DNA of 64,000 nucleotides from Chiloscyllium plagiosum (taxonomy: Eukaryota). A program made the translations under genes and the position numbers. Below, one piece after another: positions 61,511 to 64,000 of this stretch (the stretch's first letter is position 1; every line of letters begins with the position of its first letter). The notes below the pieces were generated by a model that ran no database searches, had not been told where the DNA came from, and was given only the letters and a program-made list of their open reading frames with translations. The stretch is taken from positions 7,840,137 through 7,904,136 of the forward strand of contig NC_057751.1 in the NCBI RefSeq assembly GCF_004010195.1, given 5' to 3'.

Positions 61511-63769
61511 GACATTCAAAGCTGGAGTCCAGTATAAGCTATTATTTTTGAGTAATTAAATCACATACATTTAACTAATTCTTAACTACATTGTATTTAA
61601 CTCACTACTTTGAGTTGTTACTCTCTACACTGTGAGCATCATGACTTGAACATTAATACTACCCAACACATAATGAACTGTCCACGTTTGTTGTGATGAA
61701 TTTTCATCTCCTCTCAGTTCCAAACTCAGGGTCTTCTCTTCACCACGCTGGGCCTTGAGTTGTCATCCTGATGTCTTCAATGTCCTTTTATTTTATATGT
61801 ATCATTTCTTCCAACCTTCCAGAATGTTCCACAATGGATCTCCACCTCGGAGCCTCCCAGCTCTGACACTCCAAGAGTTGTGAAAACAGGAGGCAACTGC
61901 CTTCCATGGATCATCTTTGATGTTTTATTTCGGTTCACCACAGTGAACCCGAAGCAATGGGTATCTGCCCAGTTCAGCCAGTTCTGCATTGTCCTTTCAC
62001 ACAGCAAGCTGGACTAGTCTTTATGGAAAACTCTCAATTTCCTGTCCTGCAAATTAGGCTTCAGCTCTGTTCGCCATGCAGTCACACTGTCCTCCGAAAT
62101 AATCATGCAAGTGTCTCAACAAATTGGCCGGGAAATGTGCTAACAGTGATGACTTTGCCAGCAAAGAGAGGCAGCCCATGAAGGAACAAAGAATATATAC
62201 AACCTGCTATGATTCCTAAAACCCTTGATAGTCAAGATGCACGAGAGGACATGGGAATAACAAGGTCTATGGAGGCAACCAGAGAAAGGTGACGATATCC
62301 CCTCTGAGACACAGGGCTGGAGATAGGTCGGAGGGGGAGTGATGGTGCCACACATCAGTAACATCTCAGTGCCAAATAACACACAATCACTCTAAAGACC
62401 AGCTCTTGCCCTGGGAAAAGGGGATTTAAAATGCACCAAGGCAGTTACCCTACCTACATGTGACTCCAGGCCCACACGCACGTGCTCACCCTTGCAATTC
62501 GTTCAATCCGAGAGAAATTGGAGAAATGAAGCAACAGCCAGTCACACCCAGACCCCACAAAATAATTTGTAGCCAGACAGTCGACATGTCACATCATACC
62601 ATAACCTGAGGAATCACACTGTGCTTGACACATTGGCTCTGTTTCTCTCTCCACAGGTGTTGCCAGACCTACAGAGTTTCTCTGACATGGTCTGTGTATT
62701 GGTTTCAGGTTTCCAGCATTCGCAGTGCTTTTTTTTGCTGACACTGTGTCGTGAAGTAATGGGGGGTGGGGCATGTCTTGTTGAATGACAGAGCAGACTT
62801 GAGGGATTGAGTGTCCTTTTCCTGATCCCATAACTTCAATCCTGTGGTATATTCCAATATGGCCCACACCCAATCATGGTGCAGGGGAACAGCCTACGTT
62901 CGTCATAGTCTTGCTGGTGCACTGTTGTTTAAACTATGTGCGTGGAGGAGCATTCACCCAACCTCAGGAAGGTTCATGGTATTCGGATATCTCTCACACA
63001 CGCGATCAGTTCTGAAGGTCTGGCTGGGTCCGATTCACCGAACCCTCTTGCACTTGCTGTTTCCTGTCCCGAGTCCAGGAGTTCAGGTCTTAGTCAGGTT
63101 AATTTCCACCCACCATTCACTGGAAGCTTCTGTCGATCAACTCAGCTTTGCTTCACCTGCCAAGTTACTCACCAAGCCTCTTCGCCCAAAATGTCTTTGA
63201 ATAAATTCACACTCGACCATCTTCGCCATGTACAAATCAGAGCACAACAGTCGGAAATTTATGCCATGTTTCTTTGAAATCATTTCATACTTAATATGAA
63301 TCGCTTTCCTCTCCCTGACATCTACTTGTCAATTGTTGAAGGGCCAGAGATGAATTTCAAATGCATTCAAATGCTAAAATGTATTTAAACTGCAGAGAAG
63401 TAATTAGTTGGGATAAACAGCAAGATGTCTTGATTAATCGCATTGTCCTATCAAAGTAAAAATGGCATTAAAAACTCCCCTCTGTGCTGGGAATCCATTT
63501 TCACGCAAATCATTCAAACTCTTGTGAAATAAGGCAAACATTTCTCCCAACCAGTTGGGCATCTGTAAACACACCGTCAACCCATCGAAAAGTACAGATA
63601 GATTTCACATGCTGTGCTTTCTTAAACAAATCATCTCCTTCCTCGTTCTGACCAGTGAAAATCATGCGATTCTGAACTGTTGACATTTCTGCTCAGCGAT
63701 CTCACTGTGAAGTTCACTCTGGTCTTATTGACAAAACTCACACTCGTCATAAACATTGGAATAGCATCA

Positions 63770-64000
63770 TACAGCATAGAAAATGACTCTTCGGTCCAAC
63801 TTGCCCGAGGTTTCCCAGGTTCCCCAAACTAAACTCGTCTCATTTGCCTGCATCTGGCCCATATCCGTCTCAACCTTTTGAATTCATATACCTATACAAA
63901 TAACTTTAAATGCTGTAACTGTAGCTGCATCTGTCAGTTCCTCCGGCAGTTCATTCCACATACAATCCACCGTCTGTGTGAAAATGTTGCCCCTCAGGTC
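63770..64000 (-). mobile_element. CR1 LINE 3' end (runs off the window)
   Basis: Same 3' tail as 10648-10900. Confidence 0.85.

Noticed and set aside
63173..63314. Open segment ending in a strong gtgagt donor (minus strand)
   Set aside because: No polypyrimidine acceptor and no recognisable protein similarity.

Overview
Vertebrate, repeat-dense non-coding DNA, most likely an elasmobranch (shark) intron or intergenic region, judged from HE1/V-SINE-type tRNA-SINEs and abundant CR1 3' fragments. I could not identify any host protein-coding gene. Nearly all long ORFs come from decayed retroelements, and a few unassigned exon-like segments are listed only as low-interest leads. The main signal is about 15-20 short (roughly 100-400 bp), mostly fold-back elements from at least four sequence families. 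Each carries a minimal type I hammerhead-ribozyme core (CUGANGA-N-helix II-GAAA with a palindromic ACGU or AGCU helix III), is often flanked by 9-16 bp target-site duplications, and has a 35-42 nt tail on one arm only. The same termini are physically attached to Penelope-like (PLE) reverse-transcriptase and ORF C-terminal fragments in this window, so they read as PLE pseudo-LTR or non-autonomous ribozyme-bearing retroelements. One insertion (58066-58463) contains an inverted copy of about 240 bp of neighbouring unique DNA, forming a long hairpin whose outer 90 bp are identical. Other content: nested insertions, two tandem duplications, TcMar-like MITEs, solo-LTR-like repeats, a Rex/Babar-like LINE end and possible enhancer-like AT-rich blocks. 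Repeat boundaries are read by eye and approximate unless TSD coordinates are given.
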